The position numbers and the translations under genes are program-made. DNA of 64,000 bases from Chiloscyllium plagiosum (taxonomy: Eukaryota): contig NC_057754.1 of assembly GCF_004010195.1 (NCBI RefSeq), forward strand, positions 3,319,527 through 3,383,526. The letters run 5' to 3'. This document shows positions 1 to 12,720 of the stretch, piece after piece (the first letter of the stretch is position 1; each line of letters starts with the position of its first letter). The notes under the pieces were generated by a model. It was not told the DNA's origin. It made no database searches and saw only the letters and a list, made by a program, of their open reading frames with translations.

Positions 1-200
1 TGTAACCCCCACCATCCCCTACACCCCCTCCCTATCTCTGTCACCCCCTCCAGCCCTTGCATCACTGCCCTTCCTCCAACTCAAACATCCATCCCCTCAT
101 TCCCATCATTCCACCATTGGTAGCTGTGTCTTCAGCTCAGTGGAGCCTAAGCACAGAATACCCATCGCTCTGCCACTCTGCCTCTTGCACTCACATTCTT
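1..200 (+). mobile_element. End of an L2-derived minisatellite plus L2-like 3' tail
   Basis: ccctatctctgtcaccccctccagccc followed by tccaccattggtagctgtgtcttcagc. Confidence 0.6.
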
Positions 201-2047
201 CCCTGAGAAGATTGGAGTATTTCATTCGGCCCAGTCTGTCTGTGCTAGCACACTGCACAACTAGCGCGACTGCCCTGCCTTTGTGAGTTGCAGTTCTGTA
301 AACCTTTATCAGAGGATGGTCCGATTCCCTCTCAAAAGCTTCGACTGGCCCTGCCGCCGCTGTGCTTTCGGGCATGTCTTAAAACTGGTCTCTTTGAGAG
401 AGAGATTGGTCAGCAGGCCTGATATGCCTGACTCGAGAACACTCCGTGGCCTTGTGATGACATCGATGGTGCAATTTGCAAATTGGCATTAGCCGCGATC
501 AAAACCTTTGTGTATTGAAAAGTGTCAATTAGCACCCTCCCACAACCAACGTTTTGACCTTATCTTTTGTATAGAGAGGGCTTCAGGTCTGAAACCCAAA
601 TCTGAATCCTGATTTCGGATGGACGAGCATTGATGGGATGACACCGATTTCCGTGGCAGCCAGGTACGGCTGAACTTGCAGGCAGCCACCGAAACCAAGC
701 TGGTGGGCACTGACAGCCCCAACCCCGGCCGCAGGTGAAGGAGGCAAAGGTGGGCTCAGCTGAATGCTGGGTGAATCTGTCTGAGCTTGACCAGGACTCG
801 CTCCTCTGTTAGGCCAGCAGACCGGGACTTGGCAATCCCTCAGTCTGGGCACTGACAAAGATGCTGCTTAGCTTGGGTCTCGACAGTCAGAGAAACCAGC
901 ACGTCCCTGCGTCAGACTGAATGGCCAAGTGTGATTCACAGTGGCACATCAGCCCATGCATTCACATCCGCAACTGTTTCTCTGGCATGCGTTTGTACGG
1001 GAGGAGGTGTTGATTCATTACGGGGATGGAGCTCAGTGGCTAGTTTTTAAGGGACAGCCATCCAGAGGCCTGAACACTGAACCCCAGAGGACCATGACTT
1101 TGAATCCCACTTGGGGCACTGGAATGACTGCGTTCGGTTTAAAAGCAGACCTCCCGGTAACAGACTGGGCTTCTGTGATTGGGCGGCTGTCAGACTGTCG
1201 ACCAGAGTCATTACGGTGCAGCAGGAGGCTGCTCGGCCTATTGAGTCCATGCCAGCTCTCTGCTGAGCTTTCCCCAACACTCCAGTCTCACTTCGTCACA
1301 CCTCCAGGTTCTATCCACTTTCCTTCCAAAATCATTCAGATTCCAACGACTACCCCCCAACACTGCTTTAGGCAACACGTTCCCAGTCATATCACTCACT
1401 GTGTCAAAATGTTCAAACCCACCATACCAACATGTCTCACCTACAATCTCAAACGTGTCCCTGCACCACAGCAAACCAGTTTTCCTCTGTCTTACCTAGC
1501 TGTGGTGGGGAGGTACTGGCCATTGGACCAGGGTGGACAAAGTTAAAAAGATTTTAACTTTACCTAGCTGTGGAGAGGCTGTTTTCCCCTTGTGGGAGAG
1601 TCCAGGGCTAACGAGACAAACTCTCAGAATAAGGGTTTTCCCAGTTAGGAGAGAGATGAGGAGGAGTGTGGTGTATCTGTGGAATCCTTTCCCACATAGG
1701 GCTGTTGGTGCTGGGTCATTCGGGTCTTTTCAAGGCTGAGGGAGAGAGATTTTTAATCAGGAAGAGAATAGAGGGGTTATGGGGAAAAGGCAGGGAATTG
1801 GAGTGGTGGATGATCAGATTGGAGATGATTTCATTCGATGACAGAGCAGACTTGATGGGCAGAATGACCTGCTGTGACCCAGAAATGAGTGAGAGACCAA
1901 CTTGACCATTGACGATACCTGTACTTCATGGAGGCCAACTTTGGATCTTGATCCATTTCACACCCTTATTCCCCCCACCAATTCAGGCTCATCTCCTCAG
2001 GCTCCCTACCTTCCAGAGGACAGAGAGCTATGAGTCAGGGCTCTTAC

Positions 2048-2274
2048 CCATAGCGTGGTGCCGGGTTCACGTTGTTGTAGAAGAAGGGGTCGCCATGGTC
2101 ACCATCACTCCCCGCGGCATTGCCAGTGGCTGCAGGAGCGCCGTGACGCTGGAGTCTCAGCCTCGAGTCATACTCCCGGCGGCTGCTGGACTTGCTCAGC
2201 ACACTGTAGGCCTCGTTCAGCCGCACAAACTGGGTGTGGAGCTCCGGGTTGGACACGTCAATGTCAGGATGGAG
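2048..2274 (-). CDS. DNAJC4: DNAJC4 coding exon: J-domain HPD motif, helices III-IV and linker (LHPDIDVSNPELHTQFVRLNEAYSVLSKSSSRREYD...APRYG)
   Basis: Acceptor gactcctcag|CTC CAT CCT GAC (phase 0) and donor TAT GG|gtaaga. Translation closely resembles human DNAJC4 as recalled (LHPDRDPGNPSLHSRFVELSEAYRVLSREQSRRSYD). Confidence 0.92.
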
Positions 2275-2299
2275 CTGAGGAGTCAAGGCGATTTCACAC

Positions 2300-2990
2300 A
2301 GTTAGTCACAGAGTCATCCAGCACGGAAACAGACCCTTCGGTCCAACCAATCTGTGTCGACCATCATCCCAAACCAAACTAGTCCTATCTGCCTGCTCCT
2401 GGCCCATGTCCCTCCAAATCTTTCCTATCCATGTCCTTATCTAAATGTCTTTTAAATGTTGCAACTGTACCCACATCCACCACTTCCTCTGGAAGTTCTC
2501 TTCACACTCTGCGTAAAAAAGTTGCCCCCGTGTCTTTTTTAAATCTCTCTCCTCTCACCTTAAAAACGTGCCCTCAATCTTGAAATCTCCCACCCCAAGG
2601 AAAAAACACCTGCCATTCATCTTATCCATGCCCCTCATGATTTTATAAACCTCTATAAGGTCACCCCTCAGCCCCCTACACTCCAGTGAAAATAGTCCCA
2701 GCCTATCCAGCCTCTCCTTATAACTCAAGCCCTCCATTCCCAGCAACTTTCCTGGTAAACCTTTTCTGAACCCCCTCCAGTTTGACAATGTCCTTCCTAT
2801 AGCAGAGTGACCAAAACTGGACACTATTCCAGAAAGTGTCTCACCAACATCCTGCACAAACCAACTCGCACACTCAACGATCTGCACAATGAAGGCAAGC
2901 GTGCGAGATACCTTTTTAACCACCCTGTCTACAAACTTCACAGAATTATATACCTGAATCCCTAGGTCTCAACAGCACCACCCAAGCCTT
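2300..2990 (-). mobile_element. CR1 LINE 3' fragment
   Basis: EGLSYKERLDRLGLFSLECRGLRGDLIEVYKIMRG plus CR1 3'UTR. Confidence 0.9.
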
Positions 2991-3359
2991 TATGTTTAGT
3001 TCACCAGGCCACATTATGAGCTTGTTGACCATAAAACGGCTGCCTTGTTTCAGTACGGAGTGACTGGACTTTGAAAGGAACCCCAGTCACCCACTCCTCC
3101 AGGGTAAATAGCAGGGCCAGAGTGGGGGTGGAGTACAAGCCTAAGCGTTCCAGTACGTGGCAGGCTGCTGCACTGAAGAATGAGGGGGTGGGGGTACTCT
3201 CACAGCTTTTGCCCGAAATGGTGATCCTCCTGCTCCTCAGATGCTGCCACCACACCACACTATCGATTCTGATCTCCAGCATCTGCAGTCCTCACTTTTG
3301 CCTAGACTGAGTAAATGCAGGAAGGATATTCCTGATGACCGGGGAAGACCAGAGCTATA

Positions 3360-3752
3360 GAATAGAATTGTAGAACGTCTACAGTGGAGAAAGAGGCCAT
3401 TTGGCCCACTGAGTCTTCATTGACCCTCACAAACAGACCCGACTCTCCCACCCCACATGCGGTTTTTGCCATGACTAACCCACCTAACTTGCACATCCTC
3501 GGACAATAGGTGGCAATTTAGCACGGCCAATCCACTGTGCCTGGACCCCCTTGGACATTATGGGCAATTTAACATGGCCGGTCTACCAAACTTGCACATG
3601 TGGGAGGAAACCCAGAGCACCTGGAGGAAACCGACACAGACACAGGGGATTTGCACAAACTCCACACAGAGAGCGGCTTGTGGCCGGAATCGAACCTGGG
3701 TTTATGGCACTGTGAAGCAGCAGGGCTAACCACTGAGCCAACATGCTGCACC
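3360..3752 (-). mobile_element. HE1-like tRNA-derived SINE
   Basis: ggctcagtggttagc...ggttcgattcc A/B boxes and gtgtggagtttgtgca...ggtttcctcccaca body. Confidence 0.8.
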
Positions 3753-4221
3753 AGGGGTCACTGTCAGACGATTACAGACTGAGATGAGCAGGAATGTCTT
3801 CATCCAGAGTTTAGGGAGCCTGCAGAACTCCCTGCCACAGGAAGCGGTTGAGACTGAAAATCTGAATATTTTCAAGAAGGAGATAGATCCAGTTCTTAGG
3901 GCTAGAGGGATCAAAGTGTGCATTCGTCAGAGGGAAATGGATCTGGTTGGATGACACTTGTTGGGCCGAAGGGCCTGTTTCCACACTGTAGGTAATCTAA
4001 TCTAATCTATATCGGGAAGAAACCAGGAACAGGAGACAGTTAGTTCGGTGATCAGCCATGGTCGTACTGAATGGGTTGAGTGGCTAACTCCTGCACATAC
4101 CTTCTGGTGTGGCAATTAAAAAAAGCATTCTGCATTTATAAAGGTCTCTCGTGACCTCAGAGTGCTCCCACAGCAACTTCCATGCAATAAAATACTTATG
4201 TATGACTAGAAGAGACAACGT

Positions 4222-4960
4222 GTCAGAGAGATGTGCAGCATGGAAACAGACTCTTTGGTCCAACTAGCACACTAGATTTCCATGTCGTTACCCTGGTTAT
4301 GAATTTTGCTGCTGCGTTCACTTGGTGATCCAGTGAATTCATTCCAAACCCACAGTTCAAGGTCACCTTGTAATTCTGTATGATCACTATTGACCAGCAG
4401 CTGAACTGGAGCCCAGCCATATAAATACTGTGGCCTATAGTAGATCAGAGGGTAAAGCATCTTCAGCAAGGTCCCACTCACCATCCATGATGTTGTACAA
4501 CATGGAAACAGACCCTTCAGTCCAACTGTTCCATGTCGACCAGATATCCTAAACTAACCAAGTCCCATTTTCCAGCATTTGGCCCACATCTCTCTAAACC
4601 CTGCCTATTCATGTACCCATCCAGGTAAGGTTTAAATTTTCTAATTGTACCCTCCACCACTTCCTCTGGCAGCTCATTCCATACATACAGCATCCTCTGT
4701 GTGAAAAAGTTCCCCCTTAGGTCTCTTTTATATCTTTACCCTCTCAACCTAAATTTATGCCCACTACTTCTGGACTCCCCAACCCAGGGAAAAGACCTTG
4801 TCTATTCAACCTATCCTTGCCTCACATGATTTTATAAACCTCTATAAGGTCACCCCTCAGTTCCAGGGGAAACAGCCCCAGCCTAGTCAGCTCAAACCCT
4901 CCAAACCTGGCAACATCCTAGTACAGTAAATCTATTCTGAACCCTTGAAGTATTTTCATC
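4222..4960 (-). mobile_element. CR1 3' fragment containing a duplicated patch (4262-4624)
   Basis: The CR1 tail occurs twice (about 4230 and about 4495). Body has ttttataaacctctataaggtcacccctcag. Confidence 0.8.
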
Positions 4961-5599
4961 TTGGACCAAGATGCAAGAAACAGACACAAACATACCAATT
5001 TCTACAGCATGAGACAGAACTACAGCAGGGATTGTGAACTGTCAGTCTGCAATCTCAGAATGGCCAGGTCTGCTCTGACTGGTCAGGGACTCGCCTCAGC
5101 CAATGAGAGTTCACTTTCCAGCCAATCAGAAGCCTGTTCTCCTGTAGTACAAGACGTTGAGACCATCTGAAATTTGGCACTCTGAGAGCAAGAAGAATCT
5201 CAAGTCCTGGCAATCCCCATGTATGGAATACTGACTGCTTTTCCTGGTCATATGATGCTCTCTATTTCACACAGAATGTCAGGAGAGGCAAGGAACTTTT
5301 TAAAATGTATCCATTTCGTGGAAAGGGAGTGTCACTGACTGGGCCCAGCATTTATTGCCCATCCCTAGTTGCCTTGAGAAGGTGGGGGTGAGCTGCCTTC
5401 TTGAACCGCTGCAGTTCACCTGCTGGGGGTTGACCCCAATGCCCTGAGACAGAGAATTCCAGTCTCTGGCACCTTTCTCCAGAAAACGCTCCTCCCAATG
5501 TGACGCATGTCAGACTATGTGACCGCCTGTCGTGTAGACGAAGCAATTCTGGCTAAGCTGAGGTTACACACAGTCAGAGAGCTCGGGCTGTGTGTCAAC

Positions 5600-5903
5600 C
5601 CTCTGTCCAGAACCAGAGACACAGTTTAAAAATAAGGGGTAGGCCATTTAGAACAGAGTTGAGGAGAAACCTCTTCACCCAGAGTGTGGTGGATATATGG
5701 AATGCTCTGCCCCAGAAAGCGGTGGAGGCCAAGTCTTTGGATACTTTCAAGAAAGAGATGGATAAAGCTCTTAGAGATAGTGGAATCATGCGTTATGGGA
5801 TAAGGCAGGAACAGGATACTGATTGTGGATGATCAGCCATGATCATAATGAATGGTGGTGCTGGCTCAAAGGGCCGAATGGCCTACTCCTGCACCTATTG
5901 TCT
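5600..5903 (+). mobile_element. Young CR1 3' fragment
   Basis: HSLKIRGRPFRTELRRNLFTQSVVDIWNALP. Confidence 0.9.
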
Positions 5904-7009
5904 AACCACAACAGTACTCCCTGAGCCACACAAGAAGATAGTAGGGTTGGGTGATGAAATGCTCAGTCAAGGGAGTCCGTTCTAATAAGTGCCCTGGGAG
6001 GAGATGGGTAACAGAGAGGTCTGGGAGCTTCGAACCCCAGGCTGCCAATGTCAGAATGATTGCAGTTGGCAAGGTGTTGGCAGGGATATGGTTACCATCC
6101 CTGGCAGGGTGAGACACGACACGGCAAAGGCACAAGCTCAAAACACCCTGTGCTTCACAGCAAGAGCCCTGACAACGTGACTGAAGGAGAAAACAGCTCC
6201 AAAGTATCTGCTGGTCTCTTCAGCACAGCAGATAAATATTTGGGTCTGTCACTTAGTTGTCAAAACAGTGGGAGAAGATGCTTCCCGTCTGAATCGGCCA
6301 GCTGGCCAAATTTCCTGAAGTGCAAATTGTCTCTCTGCAGCTCAGCGGCAAACTCTCTGGGGAAGGAGGGGGAGAATGCAGAGAGAGCCTGATCCACTGT
6401 GCTAGTCACTAAAGTGCTGAATAGTCACTAACATCCTCACTCAGGAGAAATATCTTTCCCCAGAGATCGAGGAGAATGTGCACCTCACTCCCGCAGGGAT
6501 TGTTTGAGGAGAACAGTATGGATATATTTGCAGGAGAAACTGGATCAACACACCAGGGAGGAAGTAAGAGAAGGATGGGGTGGTTTGAGATGAAGAGAAT
6601 TTGGGAAATCTGGTGGGGATTAAAATCACATAACCACCACTGAATTAATTGTCCTGGCATTGACCAAATAGTGAACCGGACCAGCCATATAAATGCAGTG
6701 GCTACGACAGAAAGTCAGCAGTTGGGAATCTTGTAGAAAGTAACTCACCTCCTGGCTCCACCATACCCCCCCAAAAGCCCATTCACCACCTACAAGGCAC
6801 AAGTCAGGAATGCAAAGGAATACTGCCCACTTGCTTGGATGAGTAACAACACATCAACAACACTCAAGAAGCTTGATGTACACCCTAAGGGCTGCAGGGG
6901 TTCAAGGTGGCAGCTCAGTACCACCTTCTCCAGGGACAATTAGGCACAGGCAACAAATGCTGGTGCTGCCAGTGACACCCACCTCTTGAGAAAGAATGAA
7001 AACACTGAT

Positions 7010-7422
7010 ATTGCTGGGTATACAAGGTTTGAGTTATAAAGAAAGGCTGGAGTAATGGAGGTTGAGAGGTGACCTTATAGAAGTTTATCGAATCATGAGC
7101 GGCGTAGATAGGGTAAATGGCAGGTGTCCTTTCCCTAGGATGGGGGAGTTCAAGACAAAAGGGCACATTTTTAAGGTGAGAGAAGAGAGATTTAAAAAAG
7201 ACATGAGGGGTAATTGTTTTACCCAGAAGGTGGTTTGTGTGTGGAATGAACTTCATGAGGAAGTGGTGGATGTGGGTACAGTTACAACGTTTAAAAGACA
7301 TTTGGATAGATACACAAATAGGAAAGGTTTGGGGGGATACAGGCCAGGAGTGGGCAGGTGTGGGACTACTTTAGTTGGGGATTATGTTCAGCATGGACTG
7401 GTTAGACCAAAGGGTCTGTTTC
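7010..7422 (+). mobile_element. CR1 3' fragment
   Basis: RGDLIEVYRIM...FTQKVVCVWNEL. Confidence 0.9.
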
Positions 7423-7425
7423 CTT

Positions 7426-7760
7426 CACATACACACACACATGGACACTCAGTCACATGCACACGTGGACACAGGAATGATATACAGACATACTCAATCC
7501 CATACACACACAGGTACACACACACAACTGTATAGGCACACTCAGTTACATACACACACAGGAATACATGCAGACATACTCAGTCCCATACACACACAAA
7601 TGTACAGGTACACTCTGTCACATATACACACAGGATTACATACAGACATACTCAGTACCATACACACACACACAAATGTACAGGCACACAGTTACATATA
7701 CACACATGAATACACACACATACTCAGTCATGGGCACATACACAGATACACAGGATCACC
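7426..7760. repeat. Degenerate (CA)n-rich low-complexity repeat
   Basis: Directly visible; explains the His/Thr-rich ORFs. Confidence 0.9.
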
Positions 7761-8639
7761 CACAGTCTGGCACAAACAGCCACTTCACTAGCACTGACAA
7801 CACCGACAGGAGTATTACATAGTCGGGAGCACCACACTGCGATCAGAATCAGAGCTAGCCCACCAATGGGAATGATAGTAAGATCGCTGGCTGAGATGAT
7901 GAGCCATCATCTCCTCTGTTGCCTAACCATTCAATACGATCCTGTCTAGTTTGATTAACTCAACTGTCCAGCCTCCTTGTCCCAATCCCATCCCGCATCT
8001 CAACTGACAACTTCTGACTTCCTTGTTAATCAGAAGTCTGTCCATCTCAAAGCCTTGAATGTATTCAAGATTCCGGACTCCCCGGGGAATAGAATTTGAA
8101 AGATTCGGAGTGAAGAAATCCTTCCTCACCTCTGGTCGGACCAGATTCTGACTAACAAGGGAGTCACTGGTGGGAAGGTGGGATTGAAGCTACAATCGCT
8201 GCTATGATGTTACTGAGAGGGACATCAATTTAAGACTGAGATGAGGAAGAGTTTCTTCCCTCTCTGAGGGTCTTTGGAACTCCTTGCCACAGAGAGCTGT
8301 GGGGGCAGAGACCTTGTGGATATATATTTAAGGCTCCCCCCTCACCCCACATTCCCTCACGGAGCTTAGCAAATTGCTTCAGACACTCCCTGTGCATGTG
8401 TGTGTGTGTATGTGTGTGTGTTTATGCATTTGCGGGTCTGAGGAGGCCCCAAGATCCAAAAGAGGCCTCACGGCCTGTATCATCGTCAGCCATCAAGCCT
8501 GACTGAAACAGCCTGCACACAGGCAGCTGTCACGCTTTTGCTGATGTACACGCAGATTGTCAAACACAAAGGAACCACCAGCCACGGGAAAAACAACAAA
8601 TTTTAAAAACTCTCTTTTTCTTTGGACAGGTTACCCCGC

Positions 8640-9090
8640 TGCACCAGAGTTCCCACAAGAACCTGTGCTGCCACTGCTGAGGGAGTGCAGCAATGTCTCA
8701 GGATTGGCTTTTTGGACGAGCACCATCTGACCCATCTAAATGATTCCAGGGCTGGAGGGGTGTGTCTGTGTGTCTGTGCGTGTGCCTGTGTGTGTGTGTG
8801 TGTGCCTGTGTGTGCCTGTGCATCTGTCTGTGTGCATCTGTGTGTGCATGTGCCTGTGTCTGTCTCTGTGTGTGTGTTTGTGTGTGTCTGTGTGTGTGTC
8901 TCTCTTCTCCTGAGACTTATCGCTGAACTGATTTTACAAAAGCAATGACCTGGCTCCTTATATCGCAGCTGCTTGTGACAGTTTGTGCACAAGTTGGCTT
9001 CCCAGTTTCAGAAGCACTTGATCAGCTGGTCAGGTGCGATGGGGATGTCCTGAGGTGGTGAAAGGTGCTAGAGAAATGTAAGTCTTTCTT
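8640..9090 (+). mobile_element. DeuSINE-like element interrupted by a (TG)n microsatellite (8760-8900)
   Basis: ctgagggagtgcagcaatg head, and tail gggatgtcctgaggtggtgaaaggtgctagagaaatgtaagtctttctt. Confidence 0.65.
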
Positions 9091-9512
9091 CGTGCCTGGG
9101 CCATTCTCTCTGAGGGAGATTTGGTCTTCTTGAATCTTTCATGGGAGGTGGATGGTGGGGACAAGGCCCAGCAGTACCACCCGTCTCTAACTGCCCTTGA
9201 GGCTGAGTGGCTCGTCGGGCCGGTTCAAAGGCCGACCACGCTGCTATGTGGTCTGGAGACATGTGTAGGTCCAGACCGGGTAAGGATGGCAGATTTCCCT
9301 CCCTAAAGGGCAGTGAGTCAGATGAGGCCTTAACACAATCAATGACAGTTTCCTGGTCACCTTTACTGAGACTAGCTTTCAATTCCAGATTGCTTTATTC
9401 ACGGAATGAGACGTCGCTGGCCAGGCCAGCAATTTATTGCCCCATCCCTAATTGCCCGGAGGGCAGTTAAGAGTCAACCACACTGCTGTAGGTCTGGAGT
9501 CCCATTTCAGCC

Positions 9513-10040
9513 AGACAATAGGTGCAGGAGTAGGCCATTCTGCCCTTTAAGCTAGCACCACCATTCATTATGATCGTGGCTGATCATCCACAATCAGTAT
9601 CCTGTTCCTGCCTTATCCCCATAACCCTTGATTCCACTATCCTTAAGAGCTCTATCTAACTCTTTCTTGAAAGTATCCAGAGACTTGGCCTCCACTGCCT
9701 TCTGGGGCAGAGCATTCCATATATCCATTGCTCACTGGGTGAAAAAGTTTCTCCTTAACTCTGTTCTCAGTGGCCTACCCCTTATTTTTAAACTGTGTCC
9801 TCTGGTTCGGGATTCACCCATCAGCGGAAACATGCTTCCTGCCTCCAGAGTGTCCAATCCTTTAATAATCTTATACGTCTCAATCAGATCCCCTCTCAGC
9901 CTTCTAAACTCAAGCGTATACAAGCCCAGTCGCTTCAGTCTTTCAGTGTAAGATAGTCCCGCCATTCCAGGAATTGACCTTGTGAACCTACGCTGCACTC
10001 CCTCAATAGCCAGAATCTCTTTCCTCAAATTTGGAGACCC
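9513..10040 (-). mobile_element. Young CR1 3' fragment inserted in a SINE (about 9400-10230)
   Basis: GVQRRFTRSIPGMAGLSYTERLKRLGLYTLEFRRLRGDLIE; SINE halves on both sides. Confidence 0.9.
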
Positions 10041-10359
10041 CAAAACCAGATGGTTCAGTCTAATGTTTCTAACAATCAACAGTCATCATTCCATTCTTAA
10101 ATTCCAGATTTTAAAAATTCAGTTCAATATTGAATTCACGACAATCCTGCCGTGGCGGGATTTTAATCTGGGTTCCCAGAACATTACTTGGGTCTCTGGA
10201 TTAATAGTCTAGCGATAATACCACAAAGCTATTGCCAACATTCTTTAGTGAACTTAAATTCCTCCCATTACTGAAGTGGAATTCGAACCTGCGGCATTAC
10301 CTTGGGTGGGTTAAGAGTCCAGTGAACCGACCACGACAACACCACGTTGTTAACCACAA

Positions 10360-10612
10360 GTCCGGGGCGACTGACTGTGTGGAGTTGCACATTCTCCCCA
10401 TCTCTGTGTGGGTTTCCTCCCACATTCCAAAGATGTTCAGGTTAGGGTAAATTGCCCATCATGTTAAGTGATGTGTAGATTAGGTGCATTAGTAAGGGTA
10501 AATATAGGATAGTAGGGGAATGGGTCTGGGTGGATTACTCTTTGGAGGGTCAGTGTGGACTTGTTGGGCCAAAGGGCCTGTTTCCACACTGTAGGGATTC
10601 TATAAGATTCTC
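10360..10612 (+). mobile_element. HE1-like SINE, 5'-truncated
   Basis: gtgtggagttgcacattctcccc...ttgggccaaagggcctgtttccacactgtagggattc. Confidence 0.8.
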
Positions 10613-11814
10613 TAAGTCCAGTCTGTTCTACCTTGGTAATGTAGTGGCTGGTTCCATTCCTCCCTTGTGTGTTTATCAAGCTTTCCCCATTCACCCTGAC
10701 CACCCGTTGAGGGAGTGAATCCCAGATACCCGCCTCCCACACCCCCGAGCTCTCTTTTATTTGGGTTGGGGAGGAGGGGGGGGAGGTGATGTTTCCTTCA
10801 ATTGGATTTCTTGCTGGCAGGCAGGTATCGATGACCCTACCGGTGACTGTCTTGTAGTGAGGAGCTCAGGGATGATCGATGGCTGGGTCTAGTAGGTTCC
10901 TGTGGAACCTGGTTTGCCCGCTGAAGCTCAGTCCCTCGAAGGGTTAAACAGCGCCTGGCCTGATCGGAGAACAATCCTTTCACAGCACAGGAATTCCATC
11001 CCGTTGAAGGGATGTGAAGCACGACGCGGACTGTGAAAGCCCTTCTGCTGTTGTTTGGGGTTGGTGTGTCAACACTGTGGATGTACCTCATTACACTCCC
11101 ATACAAAAGGCTAGGGAATGTGGCTTCTGAAGTGGGGGGTGGGTGAGGACGGTGAGCATGTTTCTGCCCTCCGTCGCTGGGTGAACAATAGAGACTTGCT
11201 GCTGTCTCAGCCCTTTTGAAAGGAGCCAGGGTGATTGGCGCAGTGACAAGGCAGCGCTGAGTGCCGCTATCTGCGGCTGCTGATCAGGAGCCCACAGGGA
11301 GGCGGCAGGGCCAGGAACAATGGTCCCCCATCCCCACGCTGAATCACCCAAATGACCATTTCAAAGGAACCTCAGATAAGGTTTCACAACATGCCCAGCC
11401 TGCTCTGACAGACTACTGGCTGGGGGGAGGGGGGGGTTGGGGAAGACAGCGTTTGAAAGGAGTCTGAGCTCATCAGCTGTCATGCCGGGCCCGGGAACTT
11501 GCTGCATGCACCTCTCGCAATGGCCCTTCGCAGCAGGGAAATGCAGGGGGGAAGACACCAAGGTGTGCCAGCGCTATGGACATGCCAACATAAGTGTGTG
11601 CTCCCCTCCACCCCTGCCAAGGCAAAAGTGGTCCAACTACCATGCCCCACCCTTTACCTACAGGGGTAGCTCTGAGAGCACCTTCGTGGGCAGGCCTACC
11701 TATAGCTCCTTCAGAATCCCCGAACCCTTCCTTCATAATGTTGGCCCTAGGTGAAGGGCTCTACATTCTCACACCTTCCTCATTTCTCCAACACACATTC
11801 AGCCAGCACGCTGC

Positions 11815-12720
11815 CCTCCCAATCTCTCTGACCTCCTCCAGCCGCCCTACACTCCTCCCTACCTGTCTGATCTCCTCCAGCCTCGACACTCCTCCATGGC
11901 TCTGTAACCTCCTCCAGTCCCTAAACCCCCTCCTTCTCTCTGTTAGCTCCTCTGGCCCCTACATCCCTCATTATCTCTGTCACCTCCTCCAGCTCCAACA
12001 CCACCTCCCTAGTCTGTCACCTCCTCCAGCCCCTACATCCCTCCATATCTGTCACCTTCTCCAGCCCCTCCTTATCTCTGTACACCACGCCCAGTTCCTA
12101 CACCCCCTCCCTATCTACGTATACGCCCTCCAGTTCCTACACCCCTCCANNNNNNNNNNNNNNNNNNNNNNNNNNNNNNNNNNNNNNNNNNNNNNNNNNN
12201 NNNNNNNNNNNNNNNNNNNNNNNNNNNNNNNNNNNNNNNNNNNNNNNNNNNNNNNNNNNNNNNNNNNNNNNNNNNNNNNNNNNNNNNNNNNNNNNNNNNN
12301 NNNNNNNNNNNNNNNNNNNNNNNNNNNNNNNNNNNNNNNNNNNNNNNNNNNNNNNNNNNNNNNNNNNNNNNNNNNNNNNNNNNNNNNNNNNNNNNNNNNN
12401 NNNNNNNNNNNNNNNNNNNNNNNNNNNNNNNNNNNNNNNNNNNNNNNNNNNNNNNNNNNNNNNNNNNNNNNNNNNNNNNNNNNNNNNNNNNNNNNNNNNN
12501 NNNCTCCTATACTCCCTCCCTATCTCTGTAACCCCCTCCAGCCCCTACCCCCCCCCATCTCTGTAACCTCTTCCAGCTCCTACACCCTCTCCCTATCTCT
12601 GTAACCTCCTCCAGTTCCTACACCCCCTCCCTATCTCTGTCACCTCCTCCAGTTGCTATGGTACATCTCTATGACTCTATGACCCTTTGAGATCTCTGTG
12701 CTCCTCTAATTCTGGTTTTA
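11815..12720 (+). repeat. ~35-38-bp pyrimidine-rich minisatellite (ccctccctatctctgtaacctcctccagcccctaca) from an L2-like LINE 3' region; contains gap N 12150-12503
   Basis: Tandem units followed by the L2-like continuation gagatctctgtgctcctctaattctgg. Confidence 0.85.
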
